Below are positions 12,471 to 26,650 of a stretch of DNA of 64,000 nucleotides, piece by piece. The notes beneath the pieces are model-generated. The model worked only from the letters and a program-made list of their open reading frames with translations. It was not told where the DNA came from and searched no databases. The position numbers and the translations under genes are program-made. The DNA comes from Lama glama. Lineage: Eukaryota. Within the stretch, counting starts at the first letter, position 1. Each line of letters starts with the position of its first letter. The stretch is from assembly GCA_028534125.1 (NCBI GenBank), contig CM052816.1:28460001-28524000 (forward strand). The letters run 5' to 3'.

Positions 12471-14089
12471 AGCAACTGTTCTATTTCATAGGAAGAGTTG
12501 TTTCAGAGGACAATTGTGGAAAATGAGGAAGACATTTTGCTGCTCTCCTAAAAACCATGGTCACAAAGCTCAGTGATTTCAGCCCTGTTATATGGAAACT
12601 TGACACATAATGTTTCCTCCCCATAAACAGTGGACCTGTCGGTCAGAGCAGACAACAGATATGACCCATTAGTCTACATCCCAAATGACTGAAACCAATA
12701 GCAAGTACTCCTTCATTATTTACTCTGCCCAAGCCACTGTTAACTGTTAAAAATATTAAACTATGAACCATTAAATACATTAAATTAAGAAATATTAAGA
12801 TATTTAAGAATCAAATAGTTATAACAGTGATAGCCCTTTGGCAGGCCATTTCTGTTTGCCAAGCACCAGGAGAGAATGGTCGGATTCTGGTTTTGAACAG
12901 TTTGCAATTTGTTAACTTATATAATTTTTATATATCTTTTTTAAAAACCCAATAAATTGCAGGGCATTGTGGAAAGCTGTGCAGACATTACTGTTCCCAC
13001 CCACTCCCATGGCATGACCTTTAAGCAGCTCAGCCCCAATCAATGTTCACCTCCAGCTGCACTAGCACTGAAGGCTCATAGAGGAAAAGAGCAACTGTGA
13101 TTTCTTGACACCCCCAGATAATTACTAGACTGTCTGAATCTGAAGGAGATAATGCTTTGTTCTGTCTTTCTTTTGTTTAGCAAAAAAAGAACTATTTATG
13201 TTTCAACTTTCCTGATGTTTTATATTCAAAGCATTATCAGAACTACAGAGATCTTATGAAGCCCACGGCATTCTCTTATTCACTCTATTCAATATTGAAC
13301 CAGGTCAAAGAAACTTTCAACTAAATCAGATGAACAAATTTAATGCCAAGAACAAAGATGTGTGTTCAGCATAATACTCCTCCCCTCTTACTCAAGACAT
13401 CCCAAAGCATTGGTATTACTGAGCTTAATCAAACTCTCAAGTCTCAAAGAGACTGTATTATGGATGTGCTACAGTTGGGTCTTGTTGAGTCCTTCCCTTA
13501 GGTGACACATGTTTCTCCGCTTTCTCACTACAGAGTTCATTCAAGAAAAAAAATAATTGAATACAACTTTTGCCCATTTTTTTTTAGGACTTTGAGCACT
13601 CAGAAGAGTACAAGGGAGCTCATGGTCCAGCAGGAGAATTTCACAAGAAGGAAAGAAGGGGCTTGGTACCTAGGATGCTGGTGCTGGGTGTGTGGGAGCA
13701 TTAGGGAGGATTCCCAGAAGGTTGAAGTGAGTCTGGGATGAAGTTTGCTGCAGGTAGCAGCTGAAGATATTTTCAATTACAAAGTTATTATACACAACCT
13801 TTTGCCATTAAGACATAAGTCTGGTTAAAGGAGAAAGATGAAAAAGAGAGTATTTCCCCTCAAAGCTATAAAAGGTATTAAGTAATATCCCACACAAATT
13901 GGTGAGGAGAAACAACCTATACAACAATATAGGCCTACATGTATAGGTAGAAAATCAATAATGATGTAAAATAAATAGATACTAAAAAAATTCGTAAAAA
14001 TGTTATAAATGTAATTTTTTTCTGAAATAGAGGACAAATTCTCAATTTATATAAATTTAAAGTGGCCCTATCTAACTCTAGTTTTTAAC

Positions 14090-14270
14090 AAGTTTTCCTA
14101 CTGTGCAGCACAGGGAACTATACTCATGGTTTCTTATAATAGGCTATAATGGAAAAGAATCTGAAAAATATACATGTATGAATGTATATGTAAACCTCAA
14201 TTGCTTTGCTGTCCACTTGAAACTAACATTGTACATCAGCTACACTTCAATAAAAAAGAAAATTTTAAAA
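14090..14270 (+). mobile_element. Short L1 3' UTR fragment
   Basis: cctactgtgcagcacagggaactatactc...ctacacttcAATAAAaaag; same UTR family as 7450, 59162, 60738 and 61457. Confidence 0.88.
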
Positions 14271-15379
14271 ATACTGACAATTTTGAAATGTAATTACATT
14301 AAGTGTCAACTATTAAAATTATATATGAAGGGCAGGAAATGTCATAATTTGTTTTTGTTTCTCCAGTGCCTGCACACAGCCTGATATACCAGGGGTCAGA
14401 CTTGACATTTGTTGAAAAGCTGTGAGATTTCTGGAAGCAGTGGCAGTCTCAGGAAATTAAATGTGTGATACTTTGTATTCATGATTTATTTCCAGGGTAT
14501 TGTATATTCTCCTTAATTGCACGATGAAAGACAAAGAACGCAGTGCTTTAGGTACCAGAGATGTTATATCTACTCATTAGTTCCATAATGCTATTCAAAA
14601 GCATAATACTGGCCATTTTAATTTGACAACTCCTTGTTTTCATTTCATAGCTATATGAAACAGAGCACAGTAACATCACAATTTTGGAGAGATGACCAAG
14701 ACATAAAGACAAATTTCCCAGAAGGGAGACATTTGGCAGGAGTAGAAGGGACTCATTTAACAAACCAGTCAGAATGACTGCAACTAAACACTCATTTATG
14801 TGATATTACACTAGCCTAGGGAATCAATTGATGTTTCTGGAGAGGTTGTTGGTGAAATTCATCCTTTTTAGAAAAACAAAAATATCTGATCCTTTTATGT
14901 ATCTTGAAAAATTGAGGACACTACATTGGGGGTTTGATTTTTTTATCAGGATACATGCAATGTATCTAAATTCATATTTTTCAAGATTTTTTTCATCTGT
15001 TGATGCCACAAACCCTTGAGTGAATTTGGGGATTTTTGTATCATCTTGTTTCACACACAATATGGCAAAGATCACAGTTAAATCCTTTCATTTCTCTGTG
15101 TTAAGAGTCTTCACTGTAATCATGTTTTGTTTACTCCCATGGAGAACTGAGAGGAAATTATATACCACTTTCATCACACAGTTTTTCCCCCTTTCCTCAA
15201 GCTTATAATGCACACCTAATAAAATACACTGATATGTAAAATCCTAAATAAATATTTAATGAAGAATTACATGTGTAAGTCATCATACCAGAGGAAATGG
15301 ATGACAAAGTGATAAAACACACAGTCCTTTTCCTACTTGTTAAAATCTGGTCAATTAGACCTACAAGTAACAATCCAAA

Positions 15380-16348
15380 CAACAAATGACAATATTGTTC
15401 CCTGTCCCAGGAATCTGATCTCCATGCTCTGACGCCAATGCTAGTGAGCGGCATCACTGTCATCAGGTCCCTAAACAGAAAACTAGGCAACCAAAGACTA
15501 CTTTCTCTCCTTACCCCAAATACATAACATATTTGAAATCCCATAGATTCTACCATGTTAATATATCTTTTATAACTAACCCCTCCTTCTTATTTCATCT
15601 TTCACACTACCAGTAGACTGCCCCCCCCCCAAATTAAAGCCTGATTCTCTTATATCCTACCAACAACTTTGAGCTTGCTTAAAGAATAAAATCCTAGTTC
15701 TTCCTGGTGGTACCAAGAGCACCCCGTGGTCTGGTGCCCACTCACTTGCTTCTTTCTTGCAGTGCCTCTTAGTAACTAGTTCCTTGCAGCTACATCAGAC
15801 TGCTGGAGATCCCTGAACATCCTGCTCTGTTTTCTTCATTCTGCTCTGATTGCCCAAACATCTGAATAGCATTAACCCCTGCATTTCAGTCATTATTTTT
15901 TTTCCAACAAATATTAACTGAAGACCTAGTATGTGCTAGATTCAGGCTCTGGACTAAATCTTGGGAATAAAAGCCAAACCATGTCAATGTGCAACCCTCA
16001 AGGAGATCACAGTGAAGACAAGAGTGAAATTAATCAGATAGTTATGGTCTTGTCATGACCCCAACTCTGCCCACTCTTAGTTCCTCACTCTGCTTCAGCC
16101 ATCCGACCTCATGGTTGACCCAACAGCTCAAGGTGGCTCCCACCTCAGGAGCTTTACATGATGTTTCTTTTGCTTGAAATACTCTTCCCCCAGGTACTGC
16201 CAGGTCGAGTTCCCTTATCTTATTTGGGTCTCTGCTCAAATATCTTCTCACAGTTGTCTGCTCTAGTAATCTTTCTCAGGGTAAAAGGATGATCTGCCCC
16301 TCTGTCACTTTAAAATTGTTTTCTTCAAAATATTTATTGCTACAGATA

Positions 16349-16405
<57 letters not shown>

Positions 16406-16546
16406 TTGTTGGTTTTTCTTTCTCCCCCACCAGAATGCAGGTTCCATTAAGGATGGAACTCATCCACTAGTCTGATGCTATTTCCTCAAACCTTAGAACA
16501 GTGTCTGGTGTGTGGTAGGTTCTTCATATATTTGGTATAAATGAAT
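15380..16546. mobile_element. Cluster of L2 fragments in both orientations (sense 3' end near 16040-16546, antisense piece near 15900-16030)
   Basis: L2 3'-end motif tctcccccaccagaatgcaggttccatta...ccttagaacagtgtctggtgtgtggtaggttcttcatatatttgg...atgaat, plus antisense caacaaatattaactgaagacctagtatgtgctag. Confidence 0.65.
16355..16404. repeat. (TA)25 perfect microsatellite
   Basis: Directly visible. Confidence 0.98.
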
Positions 16547-18789
16547 TACACAGATATTTAATTATACACTGCAATGTTATACTAGGATGATGGAATGAGA
16601 TGATACGTTAATTAACAATTAAAGATTACTGTAGTTGTCTGAGAGATGGGAACTTCCTTTTCCACACTGATGAAGGCTAAAGAATAGGGTACTTGGGTAG
16701 TTCATCTTTTTTTTTTCACTACAAAAAAAGGCCACTTGCAGTTCATTTATGTAAAAGAAAGATGCAGAAAAAATATTTTAAAAAATCTATCATGAAAAAG
16801 ACACACTTTGGAAAAACATTTTTCCTAATATAAAAGAAACACATTCAGTAAAATTGTACATAATACAGACATTTCTGTCATTTACAGTCAATTATTCAGG
16901 AATCTTATTTCTTATCTTCTGCATTTCCATTGTCTGATAACTCCTTGATCAAAAAGTACAGAAGAGAAACGAGAACAGATTATCCTCCTACCACCAAAAC
17001 CCATTTCCACTGACAAATGATAAAGAGTCAGGAGAAAAATCTGGCAGAGATTAATTATTCTCTGACGTTTCATGAATTAAAGCACATGAGAGGCTTGGGA
17101 GAATTACTTTCTCCTGTGTGTAGAAGATACATTTTTTTTCCATTTGGAAGAGATGAAGATGGTAATCGATCAAAAAGCAACCTAATAAACTATAATGTGG
17201 GGTAGGGAAATGGCAGAATAAAGATGAAGAAAAGAATGCTGGGAATGGAAAAGAGGGAAAGAAAATGCACCCACAAGTAGGGACACAAAGCTAGAGAACA
17301 TGTCATACCCTGAGTGTGATGTGACGCATTCAGGGAGACCAAGGTCCCATTTAGTAGATTAGAGTTAGGATGAGGTTAGAGTTCAAGAGCATTTTCTCAG
17401 GGCTATAAATAATTATTTTTGTCCCCAGTTGGCAAAATGAAAAATCAACAAAATAAAAACTGTAACTTTTTTTGTATCCATTTTTGTACCCCTATCTAAG
17501 CAATTAATTGACAAAACCTTCTACTATATACAGAGCTTTGCACAAGGTTCTCTAATTTTAGTTAGCATTTCCCATGACTTCTTCCAAATGAAGACCAGCC
17601 TTGGTAAATATTTCATCTTACATGAGTTTCATACAATCTTTAGAGATTTCAAATATTTAGAAAGCAGAAACCATTCTCACCTAACATAAATGCACGTGGA
17701 AGATGGGGATTTTTTTTTTTAAGGAACTTGACTCAATCTGTGACATTAGTTTCTGTTATTAGAACATTTCCACAAATAGAATATTGGGACTATGCAAATT
17801 ACTTCTCTTATAACTGCCATGTTATTTTCCTAGTCTCACCTAGAACTTGGGACGTGTGTTTCATGAGACAACGCTGGTCTTTTTGGTTGCTGTTGTACAA
17901 CATGTCTCAAATCACAGTACTACTTGCAAATGGATTTAATGAGCATAAAAATGTTCCCATCAGCTACAAACCCAAATGTCATATATCTACTCTCTCCTTT
18001 TATGATTATAATTACAAGAGAAAAATTGAAAAAGGCAATGAATTTTCTGTTATTTATGTGACAGTGTAATTGACAATTACCTTGATGGAGTTAATTTATT
18101 GAGTGATGTTTAATATACCAAAACAAAAGCTCAGAATAAAATACTTCCTACAATCCATATGGCATCACATACAGTCAAACTAATGGAGCCAACATGACTC
18201 CATTTATAGCATCATGATCATCTATCTTCATGGTCTTTCTGACTCTGATCAATCAAACTCACCAGGTCTGAAATTGAAAAAAATCTAAGCTATAATGAAG
18301 CTTTAGATTTCACTTCATACACACTGATTCCAAGAAAAGCACATAACATAACATCTCATTTGAAAATTAAAACTGTGACTGAAGCAGCAATAAAACTCTC
18401 TAAACACAATTTGTCAAAAAAATGCACTGAAAAATTGAAAACCATGACATTCTTTAAACTGTAATCATAATCACATAGCATTAATATTTATTCTCTGGTC
18501 TTCTCCTTGTATCTGTGGTATCTCCATTTTGTCCTCTCAATCTAAAATCATATGCCCCTTTCAGTGCTTTCTTCATAATCCCTGTAACATCTCACATACA
18601 CTTCTATTAGAGGTACACACTGGGGTACTGTTTACAATCCTTTATTATCTTATTAGTTTCCCACACTAGACTGGTCCTGCAGGGCCAGGACCTAGGTTAA
18701 TTTGTAATACTCATTGCCTATCCAAGGCTGAATCCATATACGTAATTCCTTGATAGCACTGAGTCCTGACTGCATCCTAGATGTACCCC

Positions 18790-19250
18790 TACATACTGTG
18801 TAGTCCAGGAGAGGGCACTAGCTTTCCTGGTCCAGAGCAAACCACAGATTGTAGCTAAACACTATACTTCTCTTCTATTTCTAGTGATTGGTTTAGGCAT
18901 AGCTATTAGACACAATGCTGCCCAATGAGAAAAGAGGGGAAGCCTTTTGGGTGGCTTCTGGAAAAGATTTCCTAAGCCCTTAAAAAGTCAAGGAGTTGAC
19001 CACTGTCCTTCTTTGGAGACGTATATGTCTGTATGAGTTGTCTGCAACTGCAGAATGGACTTGGCAACCATGAAGGGAGTTTTCCAGAGACATCAAGGAC
19101 AGAAAAAGCTTGGCTTTTTGCTGGTATCATTTAACTGCTGAACCACCATCCCTGGAGTCCTGTGTCTTCATGGTATGAAAGCTAATGGATTTTTTTTTTT
19201 TGAATTAAGCCTGATGGATTGGAGTTCTCTGATATCCATGGTCAATGTCT
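18790..19250 (+). mobile_element. Old ERVL-MaLR LTR (MLT1J/K-like)
   Basis: agtgattggtttaggcat...gacacaatgctgcccaatgaga...gcttctggaaaagatttcct...ttggcaaccatgaaggg motifs. Confidence 0.65.
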
Positions 19251-20360
19251 CCTATGTAAGTAGAATTTTCCACTTTACCAAGTAAGCCCTCAAATACGTT
19301 ACATGAATAATAAACTCTAGTTTTACTGTAGAATGTGAACATCAACAGAAAATTTAGCAAAAACAATGTTTTGCATCAGAGAATTATTTTATAAGATTTC
19401 TGAAATAGCACCTTCAAAAGGAATTTTCAATCACTACAGTTCTAGCAAGTGTAATGTCTTATAAAGATAATTGGTTGAATTTATCTTCTGTCTGATTAAC
19501 AATACGTTTGTAGACTAGGGAGGGAAAAAAGCGGAATATTCAATATCTATCACTTCAGATGTTTAGTACTGGATGTAAGGCTTAAGTTAGATGTAAAAAG
19601 CAGATCTCAGTATTTCTATCTTGATTTGTATATTAAAGGATAAAACATTAAAAGCCATTTCTAAGGTTTCCTCTCTGACATTCAAATTTAATATCTACTC
19701 TTTTGACTCTACAGAGTAATGGCTCAATTTTCAAATAAAGAGCCCAGAGTCATGGAGAGCACGTAATGAGAGAAGATATTACACAAAGCTCTTCACAAAG
19801 GAAATACCACACACAACTCATATCAGGCCCTTGTCTTTTAAGTCAAATGCCATCAGCTTTCTAGATTATTACCAAGCAAGAAGAGCGAGCCTGTATATGT
19901 GAAAGAGAGCACTGCAATCTCGTTTGCAGCCAGTGACTAAGTGGAAGATTGAAAATACACAGGTATAAGAAACAGCTTTGTGATTTCTATGCAAATCTAT
20001 CCTGCATGAGTTTATTAATCAAATCATTATTTTTGTCAGGTTACCCATGAGTTCCTCAGAAGTTTTCAAAAATAAGTCATGAAAGATAACCAAAACAAAC
20101 AAACAAACAAAAACCGCAGGAAGAATGATTTAATTAGAAATAAACTATACTCGACTACAATATGCCCCTTAAAAACCATTTTTCCTCTGGCTAAAAATAT
20201 AAACAAGAATAAGTCAATAGTTACAACTCCCTTATTTTACATGAAAAATGAAGGAGATAAGGAATACTTACGCTTAAAGTGTTCATACCTTTTGATCTGA
20301 ATGAAAGTTATTTGAAATTATTAGTGAAGAAAAACTATCTTTAGTATGATGTTCATCACT

Positions 20361-20415
20361 GATCAGAATGAGATTAAGATAGATTAAGATTAAGATAATT
20401 AAGATCAGAATAATT
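20361..20415. repeat. Low-complexity (GATTAA)n-like repeat
   Basis: gatcagaatgagattaagatagattaagattaagataattaagatcagaataatt. Confidence 0.75.
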
Positions 20416-20552
20416 GTCAAGCCATGACTGGGTGAAATGGTTGCAGAAATTATTGTTAGACTGTTTAAGTTCACTGATAAAACGAATGATGCTCAACTTC
20501 CTCCTTTCAGCTCTCAGCACACTGTCTGGTGCAGAGAAAATTCTCAGGAATC

Positions 20553-20780
20553 ATGATTCATTCACACAGTCATGCATTCTAAGTATTCATCCAACCACCT
20601 AGTATTGCACGTTACATCCATTCCAGGAATTATGCCAGCACTGGTGATACAAGGAAGAGCAGATGCAGTTTTGTCTTCAAGGAATTATAGCTGGTGATGC
20701 AGTTAGGGAAGGAAGAACAACACAAAATACAGTAAAGAAGTTGCTCTCTGTAGGTGTCTGATGGTGTTTATAGAGTAGAT
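20553..20780 (-). mobile_element. L2 3' fragment
   Basis: attcattcacacagtcatgcattc...ccagcactggtgatacaagg...tgtcttcaaggaattatag. Confidence 0.55.
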
Positions 20781-22658
20781 AGATGAATCCATGGCTTATT
20801 TTTGGCAATGGAAATATACAAAAAACTAACAAGTATTAAGGATAAAAATAGTAGAACTCACTTAGATTCAAAGGACAAGAGGAAGTCGGTGAGGCTGCCT
20901 GAGAGGACCAGTCATGGAGGTGGGAAGGCAGATCCTGTCTGGTCAAGGGAAGGAGAAGGGTTTGGAAGGAAGTGGGCAAAGAAGGGGCCTGACAAATATT
21001 TGCTGAGTGAATGCAGCCAGTGTGTGGGAGAAGATGATGACTGAGAAAAGGGGCCCAGGCTTTCCCACTTGTGCTTGATATTTCTTAATGTTGGAATAGT
21101 TCTGGAGCTGCTTTTTTACTAGGCTCTCCTATTTTGCTTTTTCTGTTGAAAATTTGTGACAAGCAGATGAGAGGCATTGGGCAAACTTCTCAAAAATAGT
21201 GCATTTTCTGGAATATCCACTGAACAACAAAAGGAAAACTATCAAGCAGTGTCTTTTGCTTTTTGTACACACCTCCATTTTCACCTGCTTTTCCTTTCTC
21301 TTGTTCTTTATGATGGCAAGAAAAACATGATAGCACAAAATGATGTACTATTAGCTCAGAAATGAAACTGCATCTCATGGTGATAAAGCGTTTGTTAATA
21401 TACAATATTCCTAAATAGAAATCATGTTAAACAGTATATGAAGTACTATCATAAATAAGAATATTTTCACTTTGGAATGCATCTGGGACACATTCACTTA
21501 CAGCTTGCTTATTACTCAGTCATGTCATAAATCAAATATATGTGTGTGCGTGTTTATATATTTTTCATTGAATTGCAACAGATGTAAACTGTTCAGATCA
21601 AAACTGAAACCAGTGCAACTCCCACAGTGCATTGTGTCGTTCATAAACAGGCCTATAATTGATCCTAAAGGCAGGGCATGCAGGATTCAAAGTCTCACAA
21701 TGTTGCTGCTTACAGATCAGACTTGGGAAACCAATTCAATTTCTATACCTCCCACCCCAAGTCACATCTGGCAAAAAGTAATTTTTATCATAATACATTT
21801 TTCTCAGAAGACTAAATCAGTTCCAATTACATTATTTCACTTTCTATACTTCTATATTTGGTTTTAATAAAAATTCTAACCAGTTGCTCAACATTAATCA
21901 CTGACTGTAACGGTAACATATACCATTTACTTCTATGAACACTTCTTTTCGTGAACTTAATATTGCTATTAAATAGGATATTACAGACTTATTTAGCACA
22001 AAAAGAAACTGATTAACTGAACAAAACAAGACATTAAGTCAAAGAACTGTCCTTTTTAATTGTTTTCTAATCATAAGAGGCCAATTATGTAAATCAAATC
22101 CTTGGAATACTAGTAAGATTCATGGATCTTGGAAATGTATTAAAATTTTGGCCAAAGAGCAGTTTTCTGACATAACCTGGACTTTGATATAGAAAACATT
22201 ACTTACTAAGGTCAAAGTGGATTCAAGTGCTTTTATATCATCCTAACTATATTCATATTTATTAATTGTAGCATTATATGCCTAAATGCTGCAAATAACT
22301 TTCATTGTACCCATATTCTATGAATTCAACCTTCAATCTCAAAACTATATCACATCCAAAACAAAGGGTGTGTTATAAAACAAGACAGTTTCATAACAGA
22401 GAGCAAACTGCTGACTAGAAGCCCCAGGTTCAGACACTCCATGGAGCTGTGAGAAGCTGAGCAACTCACTTAGTGCCTTTTGAACTCGGATTTTTAATCT
22501 GAAATACCAATGGCTTAATTATCTGAGTTTTAAGTTCAAAAATTCAAAGATTTCTTAAGATTCTGAATTCCCAATTCCCATCTATACATTATCACTGAGT
22601 TTATATTCCAGTGGAAAGAAACAGATGAAAACAAGCAAACGAGTGAAACAACTGTAGT

Positions 22659-23156
22659 TGTGAGAGGTAGAAAAAGGCTCCCCAAAGACGTGTACAACCC
22701 AGTCTCAGGAATCTATGACTATGTCAGGTTACATGGAAAAGGGAAATTAAGGCTACAGATGAAATAAAAGTTGCTAATCACCTGACCCTGATATGTGAAA
22801 TCGTTCTAGATTATCCAGGTGGGCCCAATATAACCACCAGAGTCCACTAAATGTGGAAGAGGGAGGCAGAAGAACCAGTTAAAGTAGTACCACGCGAGAA
22901 AAACTCAACAGGCCACTCCTGGCTTTAAAGACGGAGAAAGGGCCATGACTCAAGGAATGTAGGCTGCCTCAAAAAGTTACAAAGGCTGGACAATTCTCCT
23001 CTAGCCTCCAGAAAGGAACACATCCCTGTGAACTCCTTGATTTTAGTCCAGCAAAACCTATTTCAGATTCCTGACTCCTAGAACTGTAAGATACTACATT
23101 TGGGTTAAGTCACTGTTTGTGGTAATGCATTGCAACAGCAATAGAAAACTAATACA
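22659..23156 (+). mobile_element. Full-length solo MaLR LTR (MLT1D-like) with 5 bp target-site duplication
   Basis: TG...CA ends (tgtgagagg...gaaaactaataca), internal gattatccaggtgggcccaat and ctccagaaaggaacac, flanked by gtagt (22654-22658) and gcagt (23157-23161). Confidence 0.9.
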
Positions 23157-26100
23157 GCAGTAATAAATGCTAAGAAAACATCTGTATTCACGAGACGAGC
23201 ATACCTGGGGTAAAGCAAGTGAGCTACTATGCACGTGGTAGTCCAGGCTACCTGGGTATTTTAAAATCTTTCTCATGTTAATGTGTTTAGGGGGTCCATG
23301 TGCTTTGCTGCTGGTCATATGTCCCCATTGTAAGTATTTTTTTCCCATTGGATATATATGGGCAGAGTAACTAGGGATCGTGAGATTTTCAGTAACTGAA
23401 AATAATTCTGAGATTCCCATAATGATTCCTCCAAAATAATACATAAAAAGACTCTTTGCAAAATCAAGTCAATGAATTTAATTATATGCTTATAAAATGT
23501 ACCATTATTGCTAAATTCGGTCATCTCAATGTATTATATATGTATAATCTATTACATTTGAAAAAATATACTCTCTTGGCAAAAATTCATGTGTTTCTGG
23601 TTATGTAGTTTATATGATTATGAAGACATTATAGACAACTGTCAATTAGATCAGTTAATTGTAGCCAAATCATTTCAAAAAGAAATTCTAAACACCCATC
23701 CCAACTTTTAATAAGGTGTGTCTAATGTAGGATGGGGGTGTATTTTAATGGATGCAATGTTATGTGGGAAGGATCTCTGAAGGCTGAGCATCTTGAATCT
23801 CTGAGAGTCTTCAAAGGACCCTGCTCACCACTCCCTATTGACTTTCTTTTACACAAACATCCAACTTATTTTAACTTATCATCCTGTTCTCTGATTACAG
23901 TTGAGTTTTTGACTCCCTGTCCATTCACTGCTTGGAAATAAGACGGAATGTGACTTGCCTTCTCTTTGCATCGAGGCATCACTGAAAGGACTTGAACCAC
24001 TTCTATCCTGGCCCTCTGACACATGTCTCATCAAATTCCATTTATGACTTACTTTCCTCTTTCGGAATAATGAAAAAAAGAAGTCTAGGGCAATAATACA
24101 CTTAACTTGAAGTTAAGAGTCCTGGGTTCAGTTCTTCATGTTTAATGGATAATTGGGCTCAAATTATCTCTAAATCCTAAAACATCTATTTCTATGTCTT
24201 CTAGAGTTACAAGAGTATTGAGCCATGTTTACCAACTGGGGGCTAACAGAAAGCCCCACCTTTAGGACTTCCTACAGCCCCAGCTTCTCCAGGAAAGATC
24301 AAAACTACATGGAATTTGGAGGCAGATGGGCTAGTGAGTGAGGATTACACTGAGATGTGGATCCAAGTAAGTGATATTCCAGTGCCCCATCCCCTGTACA
24401 ATTTATCAAGTTGTAGTCTTTTACTTTTGGAAACTTTACTCTTCCTAAAAATTGAGGAATTCTGTAGTCCATTTGGGACAAATGGCTGGAAGAATAAAGC
24501 AATAGAAGGAAATACAAATTGTAAGTGTTCCTTGTTTTCTTTCCAAAATATAGACTGGAAAAACCCACTATCATGACAGAAAAAAGTATCCTTGTTTCAA
24601 GACATCTGTGATATTACTGAATTGATATTTGTTTCTAGAAGGATAAACATTTCATAAATTCAAAGCCCACAAGTGTATCAACTTGTAACAAACCACTGTG
24701 AATTTGAAAACAAACCATCACTAAAACTAATGCTGTTTAAATCAGGCCATTGTCCTGGTTTTGAAATCGCAAACTAAGATCACAGGGCTTTATTTGGATT
24801 TGGGTGATTAATAAAAATTGTTTCTTTTCAGTATAAATTTTTTCCAGGTAGAAATTATCATCACACACAAGATCAGATGTAATTATAAATTGTAAAGGGA
24901 ATGCTAAAGACTAAAAATAAAGGCAGAAGATACTTTGAGTAGGCAAGGATAATATTCTTCCCTGAAAAATCTCACTGCAAGTATCAGCATTATTTGCAGA
25001 TCAGTTAAAAATGGCCTGAAGATACCATTATAACTAAATGCTGATTTAAAATAATGTGTTTGATAATTCCCACACATCTTCTTTAATTTTGCTTTTTCTC
25101 TTAAAAATGCATGTACATTTAGTTTAATTCTGGTCTCCTTTTGAAGGAGATATGCTTAACGCAACCCATACTAATCCTTCTCCTAGTGTTGACAGTTCTT
25201 GATAATGGCTCCTTGTACGTCATAAGATCACAAGTGCCTTCTTTATCTTTCCATTTTCTTTTCTCTATAACAACAGCAGTTTTAGCTTTTCCTGTCTGAG
25301 GTTCACCAGAACATTGGCATATTCAAGAAAAGATGTTTTAAGATAATTCCATTCAAGGTATCCTCAGGAAATCATTTCCTGACAATTAAATTCCGACCAG
25401 GAGCTCATTAGTGCTATTGTAAAAGAGAATGACCCTTTTGATAGAAGAAAAATGAGTAATCACCATCCTATTGAAAAGCTGAAATAAGTAACTGATAGAC
25501 ATGACTAGAACATTGATTGACATTTTCTAGCTATTGATACATTCACTATCAAAAAAAAAAAGTCTTTGTCTTTCATACATCCTAAGATTAAAAGCAAGGA
25601 ATGATCAACACTGACCATGTTTCATACAGTAAGTGCATTGCTGGTTAAGGTGAAGGATTAACCTTGGCAGTTACTAAATTCAAGAAGAGATTTTGCTAAG
25701 GGATAAGAGATGTCTTTACTATCACCAGAAACCCTGAAAAAAATAGATGGCTGTCATATGATAAATAAAAAGAATCAAGACTAAAATTATTACAGTAAAA
25801 AACAGTAAACATTTTCATAGAGGCTGATTCTGTGCAGAGAAACTTTTACATTTTCTTCCATTCTTAGAAACTAAAACTGATCAGTAACAAGTTGCGTCAA
25901 TGACTTATAGTCTACCATATCAATCTGAACCTATTAATGCTTTCCCAGGTGCCAACCTCAATTCTGATGTGCAACAGAACTGCCTTTTATCCTTCAGAGC
26001 CTCTGAAATTTTTAATATCTTGTTTCTCTAAAGATTTTAATGAAATAAAGTCTCTTTATTAATAGTTTAAGTTATTTTCTTTTAACTTTTCTTTTTTTCT

Positions 26101-26529
26101 TTTTCCCCTTATCAAACATAGTGCCTTGACTCATAAGTATTACAAACAAATGATTTTCATTTGAGGGAAAAATGGAAATTTCCTCCAGCTGTTTCACAAA
26201 TAACCTAAGAGCATCATTTGCAGCCTGTATGAAACCTTTATTAAAAGTAAAGAGCATACCAGGCAGGCAGATTAGATGGCTGTTGTCTTAAAGCTGTATC
26301 TGCTTTTGAGTCAGTGAAATAGTCAGATTGTTGAAAACTATAGAACATGTGGCATACAATAGTTTTAAATGAACAAAACTTTATCAGAGATAATCCTTTC
26401 CTTAAAATAGCTGGAGAGCTCTAGGAAAATAATTAAGAACTCACTTTTTGAAGCTTCTTATGTGGCCAGTGTTCTCCCATCATCTGGGATTTTTATAAGG
26501 CTGAAGTGTACAGGAAAGTTCACAGGTTT

Positions 26530-26650
26530 TGCAGAAGATCAGAATTATGGTCAAGTCACACGTCTGTCACTTAATAGCTGGGAGACCCAAGGTAAATAAA
26601 CTTAACCTCTCCAAGCCTCAGTGACTTAGTAACAAGGGAATAATCGGCCC
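26530..26650 (+). mobile_element. MIR fragment
   Basis: tctgtcacttaatagctgggagacccaaggtaaataaacttaacctctccaagcctcagt. Confidence 0.65.

Noticed and set aside
21540..21730. Unique-looking segments that might be conserved non-coding elements (also about 27280-27380 and 49720-50150)
   Set aside because: Conservation cannot be judged without alignments, and the sequence alone offers no decisive feature.
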